A program made the position numbers and the translations under genes. The notes beneath the pieces are model-generated. The model worked only from the letters and a program-made list of their open reading frames with translations, had not been told where the DNA came from and made no database searches. This document shows, piece after piece, positions 1 through 9,821 of a stretch of DNA of 64,000 nt (within the stretch, counting starts at the first letter, position 1; every line of letters starts with the position of its first letter). Source of the stretch: Candidatus Omnitrophota bacterium (GTDB taxonomy: Bacteria > Omnitrophota > Gorgyraeia > Zapsychrales > JANLHA01); NCBI GenBank assembly GCA_029560465.1, contig JAKQKX010000073.1:79411-143410 (forward strand). The letters run 5' to 3'.

Positions 1-2
1 GG

Positions 3-1094
3 TATCGCGCTATTTTGGCTTCGGAAAAGAAGATGGATGAAATTATTAAAAACGAGCTGATAGAAGTAAAGAAGATTTATGGGGACGAGAGAAGAACAGA
101 AATCGCCGCCAAAGCCGAAGAAATCGAGCTGGAAGACCTGATTGCGGAAGAAGACATGGCGATCACGATTAGCAACACAGGATATATTAAACGTTTGGGG
201 GTGGGCGCTTATCGTAAGCAGAAAAGAGGGGGAAAGGGCGTCAGCGCCATGGCGACCAAAGAAGAAGATTTTGTGAAGCAGATTTTTGTTGCTTCGTCGA
301 AAGATTATTTGCTGATATTTTCTAACAAAGGAATCGTTCGTTGGCTTAAAGTTTATGAAATCCCGATTGCTTCGCGCAGCGCGAAAGGGAAGGCGATCGT
401 GAACCTTCTTTCATTTGAAAAAGAGGAGTATATCAGCTCTATTGTCGCCGTCAAAGAGTTTCCAGAGGACCGGTATGTTGTTATGGGAACGGCGCAGGGA
501 AACGTTAAGAAAACAACGTTATCGGCTTTTGGGAACCCGCGTAAGGGAGGTATTGTCGGAATTAATTTAGACCAAGACGATTATCTGATTGGGACCGCCA
601 TTAGCGGGGGGAAACACGAAATTTTGCTGGCTACGAAACAAGGGAAGGCCCTTCGTTTTTCGGAAAAGCAGATTCGAGACATGGGCCGCGCGGCACGCGG
701 AGTGAGGGGGATTAATTTATCAAAAGGAGATATCGTTGTTTCTATGCAGGTTTTTCCTTCCGAGATTGACAGGACGGAAAGCACGTTGTTAACGGTCACG
801 GCCCTTGGCTTTGCCAAGAGGTCTTCTTTTGGGGAATACCGCATCCAATCCCGAGGAGGCAAGGGGATTATTAATGTAAAAGTAACCCCGAAAAACGGAA
901 CAGTTGTGAGCGTTTTAGGGGTCATGCCCGATGATGAGGTCATGGCTGTCACGAAGGTCGGAATGATGGTTCGCTGTCCAGTGGTTGATATCCGAGAGTC
1001 TTCGCGGAGCACGCAAGGCGTTAAGCTTATTTCTTTGCAACAAGGAGACGTTGTTATGTCTGTTGCCAATGTTGTTGCCAAAGAGGAAGAATAA
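3..1094 (+). CDS. gyrA: DNA gyrase subunit A, C-terminal part (5'-truncated by window)
   Basis: YGDERRT motif, GyrA-box QKRGGKG, repeated beta-pinwheel blades (GRAARGVRGI, QSRGGKGII, SRSTQGVKLI), short acidic tail; frame open to the window start. Confidence 0.96.
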   Translation, partial: YRAILASEKKMDEIIKNELIEVKKIYGDERRTEIAAKAEEIELEDLIAEEDMAITISNTGYIKRLGVGAYRKQKRGGKGVSAMATKEEDFVKQIFVASSKDYLLIFSNKGIVRWLKVYEIPIASRSAKGKAIVNLLSFEKEEYISSIVAVKEFPEDRYVVMGTAQGNVKKTTLSAFGNPRKGGIVGINLDQDDYLIGTAISGGKHEILLATKQGKALRFSEKQIRDMGRAARGVRGINLSKGDIVVSMQVFPSEIDRTESTLLTVTALGFAKRSSFGEYRIQSRGGKGIINVKVTPKNGTVVSVLGVMPDDEVMAVTKVGMMVRCPVVDIRESSRSTQGVKLISLQQGDVVMSVANVVAKEEE

Positions 1095-1143
1095 TTCCCA
1101 CGGTTCCGTGGAAACACAGAAACCCTGCGGGGCGTATTTTTTC

Positions 1144-1171
1144 TTGACCATAAAAGAATCTAGAATATAAT
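1144..1171 (+). promoter_or_regulatory. sigma70-type promoter for tRNA-Glu
   Basis: TTGACC (1144-1149), 16 nt spacer, TATAAT (1166-1171), about 30 nt upstream of the tRNA. Confidence 0.5.
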
Positions 1172-1201
1172 AATAAAACTGTATTTTAATTTTTATCTAT
1201 C

Positions 1202-1275
1202 GACCCCATCGTCTAGCCTGGTTAGGACACAAGCTTTTCAAGCTTGCAGCGCGGGTTCAAATCCCGCTGGGGTCG
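1202..1275 (+). tRNA. tRNA-Glu (anticodon TTC), CCA not encoded
   Basis: Acceptor stem GACCCCA/TGGGGTC, D-arm GTCTAGCCTGGTTAGGAC, anticodon arm CAAGC-TTTTCAA-GCTTG, T-arm GCGGG-TTCAAAT-CCCGC. Confidence 0.96.
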
Positions 1276-1658
1276 CTTATATTCTTGGGGCCGCGAATGG
1301 GCCCCAGTTCGTTTTAAAGGGTTTCCAAACTTTTGCCCCCCACATCCTCTCCTCCTCCTCCGGCCCTTTCTTTTAAAAGCACAAAGGCAGAAAACACAAA
1401 AAAAGATGTTCAATCGGTTAAACATCTTATATATTTATATTATAAAAATATTTTACTCTTGGGCTTTGGAAAGACCTTGATGAGAAAGCGTTTGTCAAGG
1501 GAAAGCTGCAAGAGAATAAGTTGTGGTGCGGTTTTTCAGGCCTTTCAATTCCAAAGAGCCCTTGGCGATTTTCTGTGAGATTCTTGCGGATGTCAACGAG
1601 CGCTGTTAGCGGCGGGCCACGACATATAATAATCGTGAAGGTGTTTTATTCTTTGTTT

Positions 1659-2453
1659 ATGCGAGTTGCCGTTCTTCAAATACAGGCTCGGCCTAAAAAA
1701 TCATGCAATCTTAATAAGGTCCTGGATTTTCTTTCCGAAGCTGCCGGGAACAGGGCGGAGCTGATTGCGTTGCCGGAAGTATTTAATTACAGGGGATTTT
1801 TGAATACGAGCGACCTTCGGGAGCATGTTTTTGAAACTGTTCCTGGCCCGTCTACGTTGCCTTTGTTGGCTTTTGCGAAAAAAAAACGAGTTTCCATTTT
1901 GGCCGGGTCTGTGTATGAGAGGTCAGGTTGTTTAGAGAAGGCGTATAATACCTCGATAGCAATCAATCAGAGAGGCGAAATTATTGCCAAGTATAGAAAA
2001 AGGCACCTTTTTGATGCTAAGGTTGAATCCCGGGTTATAAAAGAAACGCAAACGTTTCTTCCTGGAACGCAAAGAAGAGTTTTTCAGATAGCCCGGTTTC
2101 GCTTCGGGATGAGCATTTGTTTTGATTTGCGATTTCCGGAACATTACCGCAAGTACGCGCAGAACGGTTGTCATGTTTTGTGTGTTCCGTCTGCCTTTAC
2201 CCAGGCCACCGGCCAGCATCATTGGGAACCGCTGCTAAAAGCGCGGGCTATTGAAAATTTAAGTTATGTTGTGGCGCCGAATCAATTCGGAAAGGACGAA
2301 TGCGGAATTGTTTGTTTTGGGCACAGCATGATTCTTTCGCCTTGGGGAGAGATTATGGCAGAAGCTTCGGCGGACAAAGAAGAAATTATTTATGCGGATT
2401 TTGATTTGAGGACAGTCCAGGAGGCTCGAGCCCGATTTTCGGGTGTATATTAA
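1659..2453 (+). CDS. Carbon-nitrogen hydrolase (Nit1/YbeM-like amidase)
   Basis: Catalytic E-K-C motifs LPE, YRKRHLFD, ICFDLRFPE; also HWEPLLKARAIEN and GHSMILSPWG. Start placed at ATG 1659 (MRVAVLQ) rather than the track's 1521. Confidence 0.9.
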   Translation: MRVAVLQIQARPKKSCNLNKVLDFLSEAAGNRAELIALPEVFNYRGFLNTSDLREHVFETVPGPSTLPLLAFAKKKRVSILAGSVYERSGCLEKAYNTSIAINQRGEIIAKYRKRHLFDAKVESRVIKETQTFLPGTQRRVFQIARFRFGMSICFDLRFPEHYRKYAQNGCHVLCVPSAFTQATGQHHWEPLLKARAIENLSYVVAPNQFGKDECGIVCFGHSMILSPWGEIMAEASADKEEIIYADFDLRTVQEARARFSGVY

Positions 2454-2508
2454 GGAAAAAATATTATTTCAACAAAATGTATTTCTTTGTATAATTTAAG
2501 TATAAAAA

Positions 2509-3507
2509 ATGTATAGAAATGTAAAAATAGCGATAACTGGGGCAGCCGGCCAAATTGGCTATGCTTTTCTTTTCCGGCTTGCTTCTGGTGAAGTTTTTGG
2601 TCCGGACACAGATATTCACCTTTCCTTGCTCGAAATCGAGCCAGCGTTGCCCGCATTGAAAGGAACGGTTATGGAATTGCAGGATTGTGCTTTCCCTCGC
2701 CTGAAATCTATTACCGCCACGTCCGTTGTCCAAGAGGCTTTTTGTGATGCTGATTGGGCGGTTTTGATCGGAAGCGTGCCCAGGAAAGCCGGAATGGAAC
2801 GGGGAGATTTATTAAAAATTAATGGAAGGATTTTTATAGAACAGGGCAAAGCACTTGACCAGTATGCCAAAAAATCTTGCCGCATTTTGGTTGTTGGAAA
2901 CCCTTGTAATACAAACTGTTACATTGCTAAAGCTGTCTGTCGACATATCCCGGCCACTAACTTTTTTGCCCTTATGATGCTTGATCAAAAAAGGGCAGAG
3001 GCCCAGCTGGCTGTTAAGGCCCAAGTAGACAGCCGTTTTATTAAGAATATTGCCGTTTGGGGAAATCATTCTGCGACACAGTTTCCAGACTTTTATCACG
3101 GGGTCGTTCAAGGACGCCCGCTCGTAGATGTCATATCTGATATTAAATGGCTTAAAAATGATTTTATTGATATAATTCGGAAACGAGGGGCAGAGATTAT
3201 AAAAATTCGCGGGCAATCTTCAGCCGCCTCCGCAGCGAACGCTATTGTTGAGACAATAAAAAATTTAATCACCCCGACGGAAACAGGCGAATATTTTTCT
3301 GTTGCGGTTTCATCGGATGGCAGTTATGGGATTAACAAAGGGTTAATTTTTGGCTTTCCAGTTCAATCAGAAGGGACTCATTGGAGTATCGTGACAGGGT
3401 TGGAGCACGATGCGTTTGCTCAAGAGAAAATTGAAACGACAAAACAGGAGCTCTTAAAAGAACAAAAGGAGGTTGAATTTTTGTTCCCAAATATTTTTAA
3501 ATATTAA
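2509..3507 (+). CDS. mdh: Malate dehydrogenase (type 2 / cytosolic-like clade)
   Basis: TGAAGQIGY Rossmann motif, PRKAGMERGDLL, VVGNPCNTN, WGNHSATQFPD, SSAASAANA. Confidence 0.95.
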   Translation: MYRNVKIAITGAAGQIGYAFLFRLASGEVFGPDTDIHLSLLEIEPALPALKGTVMELQDCAFPRLKSITATSVVQEAFCDADWAVLIGSVPRKAGMERGDLLKINGRIFIEQGKALDQYAKKSCRILVVGNPCNTNCYIAKAVCRHIPATNFFALMMLDQKRAEAQLAVKAQVDSRFIKNIAVWGNHSATQFPDFYHGVVQGRPLVDVISDIKWLKNDFIDIIRKRGAEIIKIRGQSSAASAANAIVETIKNLITPTETGEYFSVAVSSDGSYGINKGLIFGFPVQSEGTHWSIVTGLEHDAFAQEKIETTKQELLKEQKEVEFLFPNIFKY

Positions 3508-3563
3508 TAATAATATTAATATTAAATAAATAAAATTAATTATTAAAAAAATTGGCTTTCCGC

Positions 3564-3592
3564 TTGTTTTTTGATATTTCAAAGGGTATACT
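3564..3592 (+). promoter_or_regulatory. Putative sigma70 promoter for the parvulin-cpaB-secretin operon
   Basis: TTGTTT, 17 nt spacer, TATACT in AT-rich intergenic DNA; strong SD AAGGAGG just before ATG 3626. Confidence 0.45.
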
Positions 3593-3625
3593 TACATTTG
3601 TAACACAGTAACTTAAGGAGGAGAT

Positions 3626-4639
3626 ATGTTGCATAATAAACAAAAATTGACAATCGTAGTTGGCTTTTTTTTATTTGTGTTTGCTTTTGGGTGTGAAAAA
3701 ACATCATCATCTCAAATCAATAATCCTCAAGCTATTAAAACCAAACCAACCACCCCTGTTCAGCTTGCGCAAAATACCGCCCCTGTTAAACAGGCGGTTG
3801 TGTCCCCTGCTCAAGCGGAAGAAAAAAAACCTGTCGCCCCTGCGGGCCTTACCAAAGAAGCTGCTCTTTCCTCACCTGTTGCCGGGAATGTTTTAGCCAA
3901 AGTCGGGACCTGGACGTTGACCATAGAGGACTTTAATGAACGGCTGGAAGCGCTAAAAGAAGTTGTTCCGGATTATGATGCCACGGATATTGAGCAGAAT
4001 AAAATGATTTTGGAAGAACTTATTCGTCAGCAACTTTTAGTGCAGGACGCAGAGAATACGGGTGTTTCTAAAAACAAAGATATAGCACAGGCTGTTGAAG
4101 AATTTCGACGCACTCTTTTGGTGAGAGAAGTAGCCAATACCCTCACGAAGGATATTTCAGTGACAGAAGAGGAAGCTAAAGAATATTATGAAGCAAATAA
4201 AGAAGAATTTATGGATCAGGCACAGTGGAGGGTTAGAGAACTTGTTTTAAATACAGAAGAGGAAGCTAAGCAGGTTTTGGTAGAGCTTTATCAAGGCGCT
4301 GATTTTGTAGAAAAGGTAAAAGAGAAATCAAAAAGCAACTCGGCTTGGCAAAAAGGAGACTTGGGATTAAAATCCGAGTTTGATTTTCCAAAAATGCAAA
4401 AGGTCGTTGAGGCCTTAGAGGTCGGAGACGTGAGCGGGGTTTTTCAAGGGCCAAATGGCTATTATATTGTTAAATTAGAGGAAAAACAAGGCGGGGAGCC
4501 TCAGGATTTTGAGGATATTAAGGAAGATATAATTACAGGGTTGACTTTATTAACACAACAACAGGCTATTTTGGGGCATTTAGAAAAGTTAAGACAGCAG
4601 ACGGATATACAAGTTAACTTAAAATTATTAGAGGAGTAG
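3626..4639 (+). CDS. PpiC/parvulin-type peptidyl-prolyl isomerase lipoprotein (PrsA/SurA-like foldase)
   Basis: Lipobox-like FAFGC, SurA-N-like helical region (ILEELIRQQLLVQDA), parvulin motifs KGDLG and GDVSGVFQGPNGYYIVKL. Confidence 0.85.
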   Translation: MLHNKQKLTIVVGFFLFVFAFGCEKTSSSQINNPQAIKTKPTTPVQLAQNTAPVKQAVVSPAQAEEKKPVAPAGLTKEAALSSPVAGNVLAKVGTWTLTIEDFNERLEALKEVVPDYDATDIEQNKMILEELIRQQLLVQDAENTGVSKNKDIAQAVEEFRRTLLVREVANTLTKDISVTEEEAKEYYEANKEEFMDQAQWRVRELVLNTEEEAKQVLVELYQGADFVEKVKEKSKSNSAWQKGDLGLKSEFDFPKMQKVVEALEVGDVSGVFQGPNGYYIVKLEEKQGGEPQDFEDIKEDIITGLTLLTQQQAILGHLEKLRQQTDIQVNLKLLEE

Positions 4640-4643
4640 GCAA

Positions 4644-5447
4644 ATGAATTTAGAAAACAAGAAACAAATAGCCATTATTATTTTGGCCGTGGGGCTCGGG
4701 CTTGTGGCTTCTGTAGGAACTGGCCACTATATTCAAACCCGGGTTGACCAGGAAACGGCTAAAATATCTCAAGAATTTGAGAATAAAAAAGTTAAGCCTA
4801 TGATGCGGGAGATTGATTCTTTGCGCAAGGAAATGCAGAAGCTTGCCAGCATGCAGGCGGCCACGGCTACAAAGGTCCAAGAGCAAAAACCCTCGGAATT
4901 ACCAGCCGTTCCCAAGTCATCATTGGCGTTGCGTACTCCTGCGGGGAAGCGGGCTTATACCGTCCGCATCGATTCTTTATCGGCCGTTGGTGGTTTGGTC
5001 AATCCAGGGGATTATATTGATGTGATTGCGCACATGGATATCCCCGACCCGGTTTCTAATTCTAATCAAAATGTGTCTTCCATGGTTTTTCAGAATATTC
5101 AGATATTGGCGGTCGGGACGAACCTTCAGGCGCCGGGCGGGTATGAACAGCAGCAGACCGCAAGGGCGCTTAATATTACGTTTGCGTTAACTCCGGAAGA
5201 AGCCAGTTTGATGTCTTTTATTGAAAAACACGGGAGAATGCAACTTATTCTTCGCGCTCCCGCTGAAACAGAAACGGAAATTATTCAGGCGGCATCCTGG
5301 AGCGCGTTAGCCGATTATGTGTTTGAAAAACAAGGAACGGAGTTAATAATTCCTAAAGAAAGAGCGGTTATTCAGCCTGTTTCTACCGGTCGAGTTGATG
5401 AAGTGAAGCCGTTTATTCAAATCTTTCAGGGAGGCAGAAGCCTTTAA
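4644..5447 (+). CDS. cpaB: Flp pilus assembly protein CpaB/RcpC
   Basis: N-terminal TM, then GKRAYTVRIDSLSAVGGLVNPGDYIDVI, QNIQILAVG and TFALTPEEA motifs typical of RcpC/CpaB. Confidence 0.88.
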   Translation: MNLENKKQIAIIILAVGLGLVASVGTGHYIQTRVDQETAKISQEFENKKVKPMMREIDSLRKEMQKLASMQAATATKVQEQKPSELPAVPKSSLALRTPAGKRAYTVRIDSLSAVGGLVNPGDYIDVIAHMDIPDPVSNSNQNVSSMVFQNIQILAVGTNLQAPGGYEQQQTARALNITFALTPEEASLMSFIEKHGRMQLILRAPAETETEIIQAASWSALADYVFEKQGTELIIPKERAVIQPVSTGRVDEVKPFIQIFQGGRSL

Positions 5448-5535
5448 AACGGCTGGCTTTTTAGAGCATCCCGATGATTTGAGGTTAGTGTGGGGTTTTT
5501 CGGATAAATTATTCTGATGGCAAGGGAGTGATTGT

Positions 5536-7479
5536 ATGCACAAAATAACTAGTACTAAACAATTAATCGTTAGGGGTGTTCTGGTTCTCTGTTTTATTGT
5601 ATCTCAAATTTCCGTGACTCCGGCCCTGGCTCAGGTTCAGGAGGTTTTTGATTCTGCGGAGACACAGGATGTTTATTTGTATAAAGGGGACCTGATTTCG
5701 TTAAAAGTGTATCAACTGACAAGAATCGCCATTAGTACGCCGGGTATAGTAGAGATTGCGAACGCGGATATTGACGAATTGCTTATCGTTGGGCAACAAA
5801 TAGGAGAAACGCGGCTGTTTATTTGGGATGAATATGGGAAAAGACAGGTTTTTGTCCGGGTTTTACCTGAAGATTTGGATGCGATTATGGCGCGCATACA
5901 AAGGCTGTTGGACGCTATCGGGGTCTCGACGGTTAAAATGGAAAAAAATGTTTTTGAACGAAAAATTGTTTTAACCGGGACTGTTCTTAGTCAAAAAGAA
6001 GCGGCTCTTAATAAGGTGTTGGACCCTTTTGAGAGCATTGTCTTTAATTATGTGGACGTATATAGCGAGCTTATACAGATTGATGTGCAGATTTCAGAGT
6101 TGAACACAACGATACAAAAGGCGTTGGGGATTGATTGGAACACCGGCGCTGACGGGATGATTCTGGCTTATGAGGAAACGATGCCCGCCTTTGATGGCAG
6201 CGTTAAGGATTTGTTCAAGATCGGAGATTTTCGAAGAACTTCCGCTATCCAGGCGATTGTGACGGCGCTCATTGCGGAAGGGGAGGCTAGAATTTTGTCG
6301 AAGCCCAGCATTGTGGTTAAAAATGGGGAACAAGCATCGTTTCTCGTTGGCGGGGAAATTCCGGTGAGGAGCACCACAACCTCTACGGGAGGAGCCAGCG
6401 TTCAAGAAAATGTAGAGTATACATCTTATGGGATTGATGTTAAAGTCACGCCGGAGATTGTTGGGGAAAAAATCGAAATTAAATTAGCAGTCGCGATCAG
6501 AGATATTGATGCTTCCAATGCTGTTGGAGAGAACGTGGCGTTTACGAGCAGGAACGCAGACACAACGCTTTTTTTGGATGACGGACAAACCATTGTTTTG
6601 GCGGGGCTTATTAAACACAATAAAGCAGAGACCGTTTCCGGTGTCCCGTTTTTACGAAGGATCCCGATTGTCGGCTTTTTATTCCGCAACAAAAACTGGC
6701 CGACGGACTCAGAGCAGGAAGTGGTTATTTCTATGACGCCCAGGATCGTAACGCAGAAAAATATGAATTTCGAAAACAGGGAGATTCGCAAGAAATATTC
6801 TATAGCGGAAGATTTATATCAAGAAGAAGCCGGGCTGGTGGCGGAAGCAAGTCCGAGGAAGACAGCGGAGAAAAAACAGCCGGTTGATGACGAAGTAAGT
6901 TCTGATAAGCTGGATTCTATATCGGACGAAATTGACGCTATCCTCGCCGAAGATTTAGAAGATGTCGACGACTTTCCTGTTTCGGAAGAGTTAACCGATC
7001 AGGAAATGGACGCGATGGTCTCCGGGGAAGATGCGGTGGTTGCGGACCTGGTGGAAGAGGCTGACGCTGATGCGTCTCAGTCAGAGCCTGAAATCGAGGA
7101 AGAAGCGCCGTTACCCGAGCCTTCAGTTGAAGAAGGCGTGAGCATTGATGAGGCAACGTCTCAAGCCATTACGGAATATGTTCAAACGGTTCAGAAGAAG
7201 ATTTCTAGGGCGATCTCTTTTCCCATGGAGGCCAAAGAGCATGGATGGGAAGGAACGGTTGTTCTTTCGTTGGTTATTTTAAACGACGGCACGCTAAACG
7301 ACGCGCGTGTTCAAACGTCTTCAGGGCACGAGGCTTTTGATAAAGACGCTATTAATACGGCGCGCATTTTAGCCCCGTTTTCCTCTTTCCCCGAGGCATT
7401 GAAATTAGAAGAATTGGTTGTAACCATACCGATTGTTTACAGCCAGGAAGCTGTATTAGAGGGAGCGGGCGCAGAATAA
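5536..7479 (+). CDS. cpaC: Tad secretin CpaC/RcpA with acidic linker and C-terminal TonB-C-like domain
   Basis: Signal peptide (ALA-Q), secretin core (ARILSKPSIVVKNGEQASFLVGGEIP, GQTIVLAGL, VPFLRRIPIVGFLF); tail FPMEAKEHGWEGTVVLSLVILNDG..SSGHEAFDKDA matches the TonB C-terminal pattern. Confidence 0.88.
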   Translation: MHKITSTKQLIVRGVLVLCFIVSQISVTPALAQVQEVFDSAETQDVYLYKGDLISLKVYQLTRIAISTPGIVEIANADIDELLIVGQQIGETRLFIWDEYGKRQVFVRVLPEDLDAIMARIQRLLDAIGVSTVKMEKNVFERKIVLTGTVLSQKEAALNKVLDPFESIVFNYVDVYSELIQIDVQISELNTTIQKALGIDWNTGADGMILAYEETMPAFDGSVKDLFKIGDFRRTSAIQAIVTALIAEGEARILSKPSIVVKNGEQASFLVGGEIPVRSTTTSTGGASVQENVEYTSYGIDVKVTPEIVGEKIEIKLAVAIRDIDASNAVGENVAFTSRNADTTLFLDDGQTIVLAGLIKHNKAETVSGVPFLRRIPIVGFLFRNKNWPTDSEQEVVISMTPRIVTQKNMNFENREIRKKYSIAEDLYQEEAGLVAEASPRKTAEKKQPVDDEVSSDKLDSISDEIDAILAEDLEDVDDFPVSEELTDQEMDAMVSGEDAVVADLVEEADADASQSEPEIEEEAPLPEPSVEEGVSIDEATSQAITEYVQTVQKKISRAISFPMEAKEHGWEGTVVLSLVILNDGTLNDARVQTSSGHEAFDKDAINTARILAPFSSFPEALKLEELVVTIPIVYSQEAVLEGAGAE

Positions 7480-7492
7480 AATTTAGTTTGTT

Positions 7493-7553
7493 TCGAAGCG
7501 TCCGTTGAGGGAAAAATGGCCTGCCCTTTCCTTTTCAAGAGGGGATGCTTCGA
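7493..7553 (+). terminator. Long stem-loop after the secretin gene
   Basis: TCGAAGCGTCC (7493-7503) pairs with GGATGCTTCGA (7543-7553) with one G-U pair; weak U tail. Confidence 0.4.
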
Positions 7554-7571
7554 TTTCCTTCCAAAGAATTC

Positions 7572-7600
7572 TTGCCAAAAGCAATTTTCGTTTGTATACT
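7572..7600 (+). promoter_or_regulatory. sigma70-type promoter for cpaE/F
   Basis: TTGCCA, 17 nt spacer, TATACT. Confidence 0.6.
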
Positions 7601-7658
7601 AAAAACTATTAGTTAAAAGATGTTTTTAAAAACAATCGTAGGGAGCTCTTAAAATTTA

Positions 7659-9821
7659 ATGAGTTCAAAAATAGTTACTATTTTTAGCAACAAAGGCGGT
7701 GTTGGAAAAACGTTTGTCAGCGTTAATTTGGCAACCGCTTTAGCCTTGTCTGGAAAGCGGGTTTTGTTGCTTGATATGGATTTTCAGGCCGCGCATGATA
7801 TGGCCCGCATGTTAAATTTGGCGCCCAGAAACAGCTTGGTTAATTTGTTGGCTGAAATAGAAAAGAGCGAAGATGCCGAGGTCATCAAAAAGTACGTGAG
7901 CTCTCATTCCAGCGGGTTGGATTTTCTCCCGGGCGTTTTGCATGCCAAGCAAGCAGGACACATCTCTTCCGATAATATTAAACCTTTTTTTAGAAAGGTC
8001 GGCCAGGTTTACGACTTTATCATTGTTGATGTTGGGAAATTATTCAGTGAGACAATGTTAACGGTTCTTGACCACTGCAATGTTATTTTTCTTGTCGCGA
8101 CGCCTGATGTTTTGGCCGTCTATCAGGTGAAGTGGTGTTTGGAGATGTTGCAAAGCCTGCATTTTCCTTTAAAGATGGTTAAGCTGATTTTAAACCGGGC
8201 AGAAAGCCGAGGAGGTGTTGCTTGGCAGGAGGTCCGGTCTGCTTTGGCCTGCGAAATTTTTTCTCGCATTCCTTCCGACGGGCGCGCTGTCGGCATGGCC
8301 TTAAATCGCGGGATTCCCGTTATTATCGATTCTCCCAAGAGCCCGGTAACCGAAGCGTTTAGCCGGATGGTTAATGACCTGAAAAAAGAAGAACTTTTTG
8401 TCCAGGCTTTTGAGATTGAACGGGAAAGGACCACTGAAGGACTGGATAAATCCGGGAAGTTTTGGGAAAAATTTGGCATTACACCACAAAATATTCCAGG
8501 AGGCGTTTTTTCAAAAGAAGAGGATGAAATTACTTCCCTAAAAAGAAGGATTCATGAAAAATTGGTCAGCAGGCTTAATATTGAAGATTTAAGCCCGGAC
8601 AACCTCAGCGACCCCGCCAAAGCGGCGGAACTTAAGGATGATGCCAGAAAAATTGTCAGCAATTTGCTCATTGAAGAAAAAGGAGCGATGATCTCTTCTC
8701 ATGAAGAACGGCGACGCCTTGTTAAAGAAATTGTGGACGAAGCGTTGGGGTTAGGGGCGTTAGAAGAGTTTTTGGCTGACCCCGATGTTTCAGATATTAT
8801 GGGAAACAATAAAGATGAATTATATATTGAAAAACACGGGAAGCTCATTTTAACAAACAGAAAGTTTGTTTCCGACCAGCAGATGAGGGCTATTATTGAC
8901 CGCATTATTGCCCCTTTGGGCCGGCGTATCGATGAATCAACTCCTATGGTGGACGCGCGGCTTCCGGATGGATCACGGTTTAATGCCATTATCCCCCCGC
9001 TTTCTTTGAATGGCCCGATGATTACGATCCGTAAATTTGGGGCGGAGCGATTAGACGTCGAAGACCTCGAACAAAAATATCGCAGCTTTAGCAAAACGAT
9101 GAGAGAACTTTTGCAGGCCTGTGTCTTGGCGAGAAAGAATATTATTGTGTCGGGAGGAACCGGGTCCGGGAAGACCACCTTGTTGAATGTTATTTCGCAG
9201 TTTATTCCGGACAATGAGCGCATTATTACGATCGAGGATGCTGCGGAATTGCGGTTAAAAAAGAGCCATTGGGGAAGGCTCGAATCCCGCCCGACCAACA
9301 TTGAGGGGAAAGGCGCGGTGACCATCCGGGACCTCTTTATAAATTCTTTACGTATGCGTCCGGACCGGATTCTTATCGGGGAGTGTCGAGGTCCAGAAGT
9401 CCTGGATATGTTGCAGGCCATGAATACGGGCCATGATGGATCCATGACCACCTTGCATGCCAACTCTACCCGGGATGTTTTAGTCCGCATGAGTTCCATG
9501 ATCCTGCTTAGCGGAATCGAATTGCCGGTGAGAGCTATTAATGAAATGATCGCATCCGCCATAGACCTTGTGGTTCATGTGGCCAGATTTTCCGATGGAT
9601 CCAGAAAAATTACAGGGATAACAGAGGTTGTTGGCCTTACCAGTGAACACGCCTTGGATTTGCGGGACATTTTTATTTTTAATCAGAAAGGCATTGATGA
9701 AAACGGAACAATTATTGGAGATTTCGAAGCCACGGGGTATGTTCCGAAATGTTTTGAAGATTTCGTGACGATGGGGCTTTCTATTGACAAGACGATGTTT
9801 GTTAAACCCTCCAAAAGCTAG
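7659..9821 (+). CDS. cpaF: CpaE/TadZ (MinD/ParA-like) - CpaF/TadA pilus ATPase fusion
   Basis: N-half: deviant Walker A KGGVGKT, LLLDMD, ALNRGIP. C-half: RRIDESTPMVDARLPDGSR, Walker A GGTGSGKT, LRMRPDRILIGECRG, AMNTGHDGSMTTLHAN. Confidence 0.92.
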   Translation: MSSKIVTIFSNKGGVGKTFVSVNLATALALSGKRVLLLDMDFQAAHDMARMLNLAPRNSLVNLLAEIEKSEDAEVIKKYVSSHSSGLDFLPGVLHAKQAGHISSDNIKPFFRKVGQVYDFIIVDVGKLFSETMLTVLDHCNVIFLVATPDVLAVYQVKWCLEMLQSLHFPLKMVKLILNRAESRGGVAWQEVRSALACEIFSRIPSDGRAVGMALNRGIPVIIDSPKSPVTEAFSRMVNDLKKEELFVQAFEIERERTTEGLDKSGKFWEKFGITPQNIPGGVFSKEEDEITSLKRRIHEKLVSRLNIEDLSPDNLSDPAKAAELKDDARKIVSNLLIEEKGAMISSHEERRRLVKEIVDEALGLGALEEFLADPDVSDIMGNNKDELYIEKHGKLILTNRKFVSDQQMRAIIDRIIAPLGRRIDESTPMVDARLPDGSRFNAIIPPLSLNGPMITIRKFGAERLDVEDLEQKYRSFSKTMRELLQACVLARKNIIVSGGTGSGKTTLLNVISQFIPDNERIITIEDAAELRLKKSHWGRLESRPTNIEGKGAVTIRDLFINSLRMRPDRILIGECRGPEVLDMLQAMNTGHDGSMTTLHANSTRDVLVRMSSMILLSGIELPVRAINEMIASAIDLVVHVARFSDGSRKITGITEVVGLTSEHALDLRDIFIFNQKGIDENGTIIGDFEATGYVPKCFEDFVTMGLSIDKTMFVKPSKS

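Noticed and set aside
1202-1600. tRNA-Glu as an integration site for an island
   Set aside because: No integrase and no duplicated tRNA 3' end seen; downstream genes are housekeeping.
1521-1658. Upstream extension of the amidase as given in the ORF track
   Set aside because: The family-typical N-terminus begins at MRVAVLQ (ATG 1659); the extension looks non-coding.
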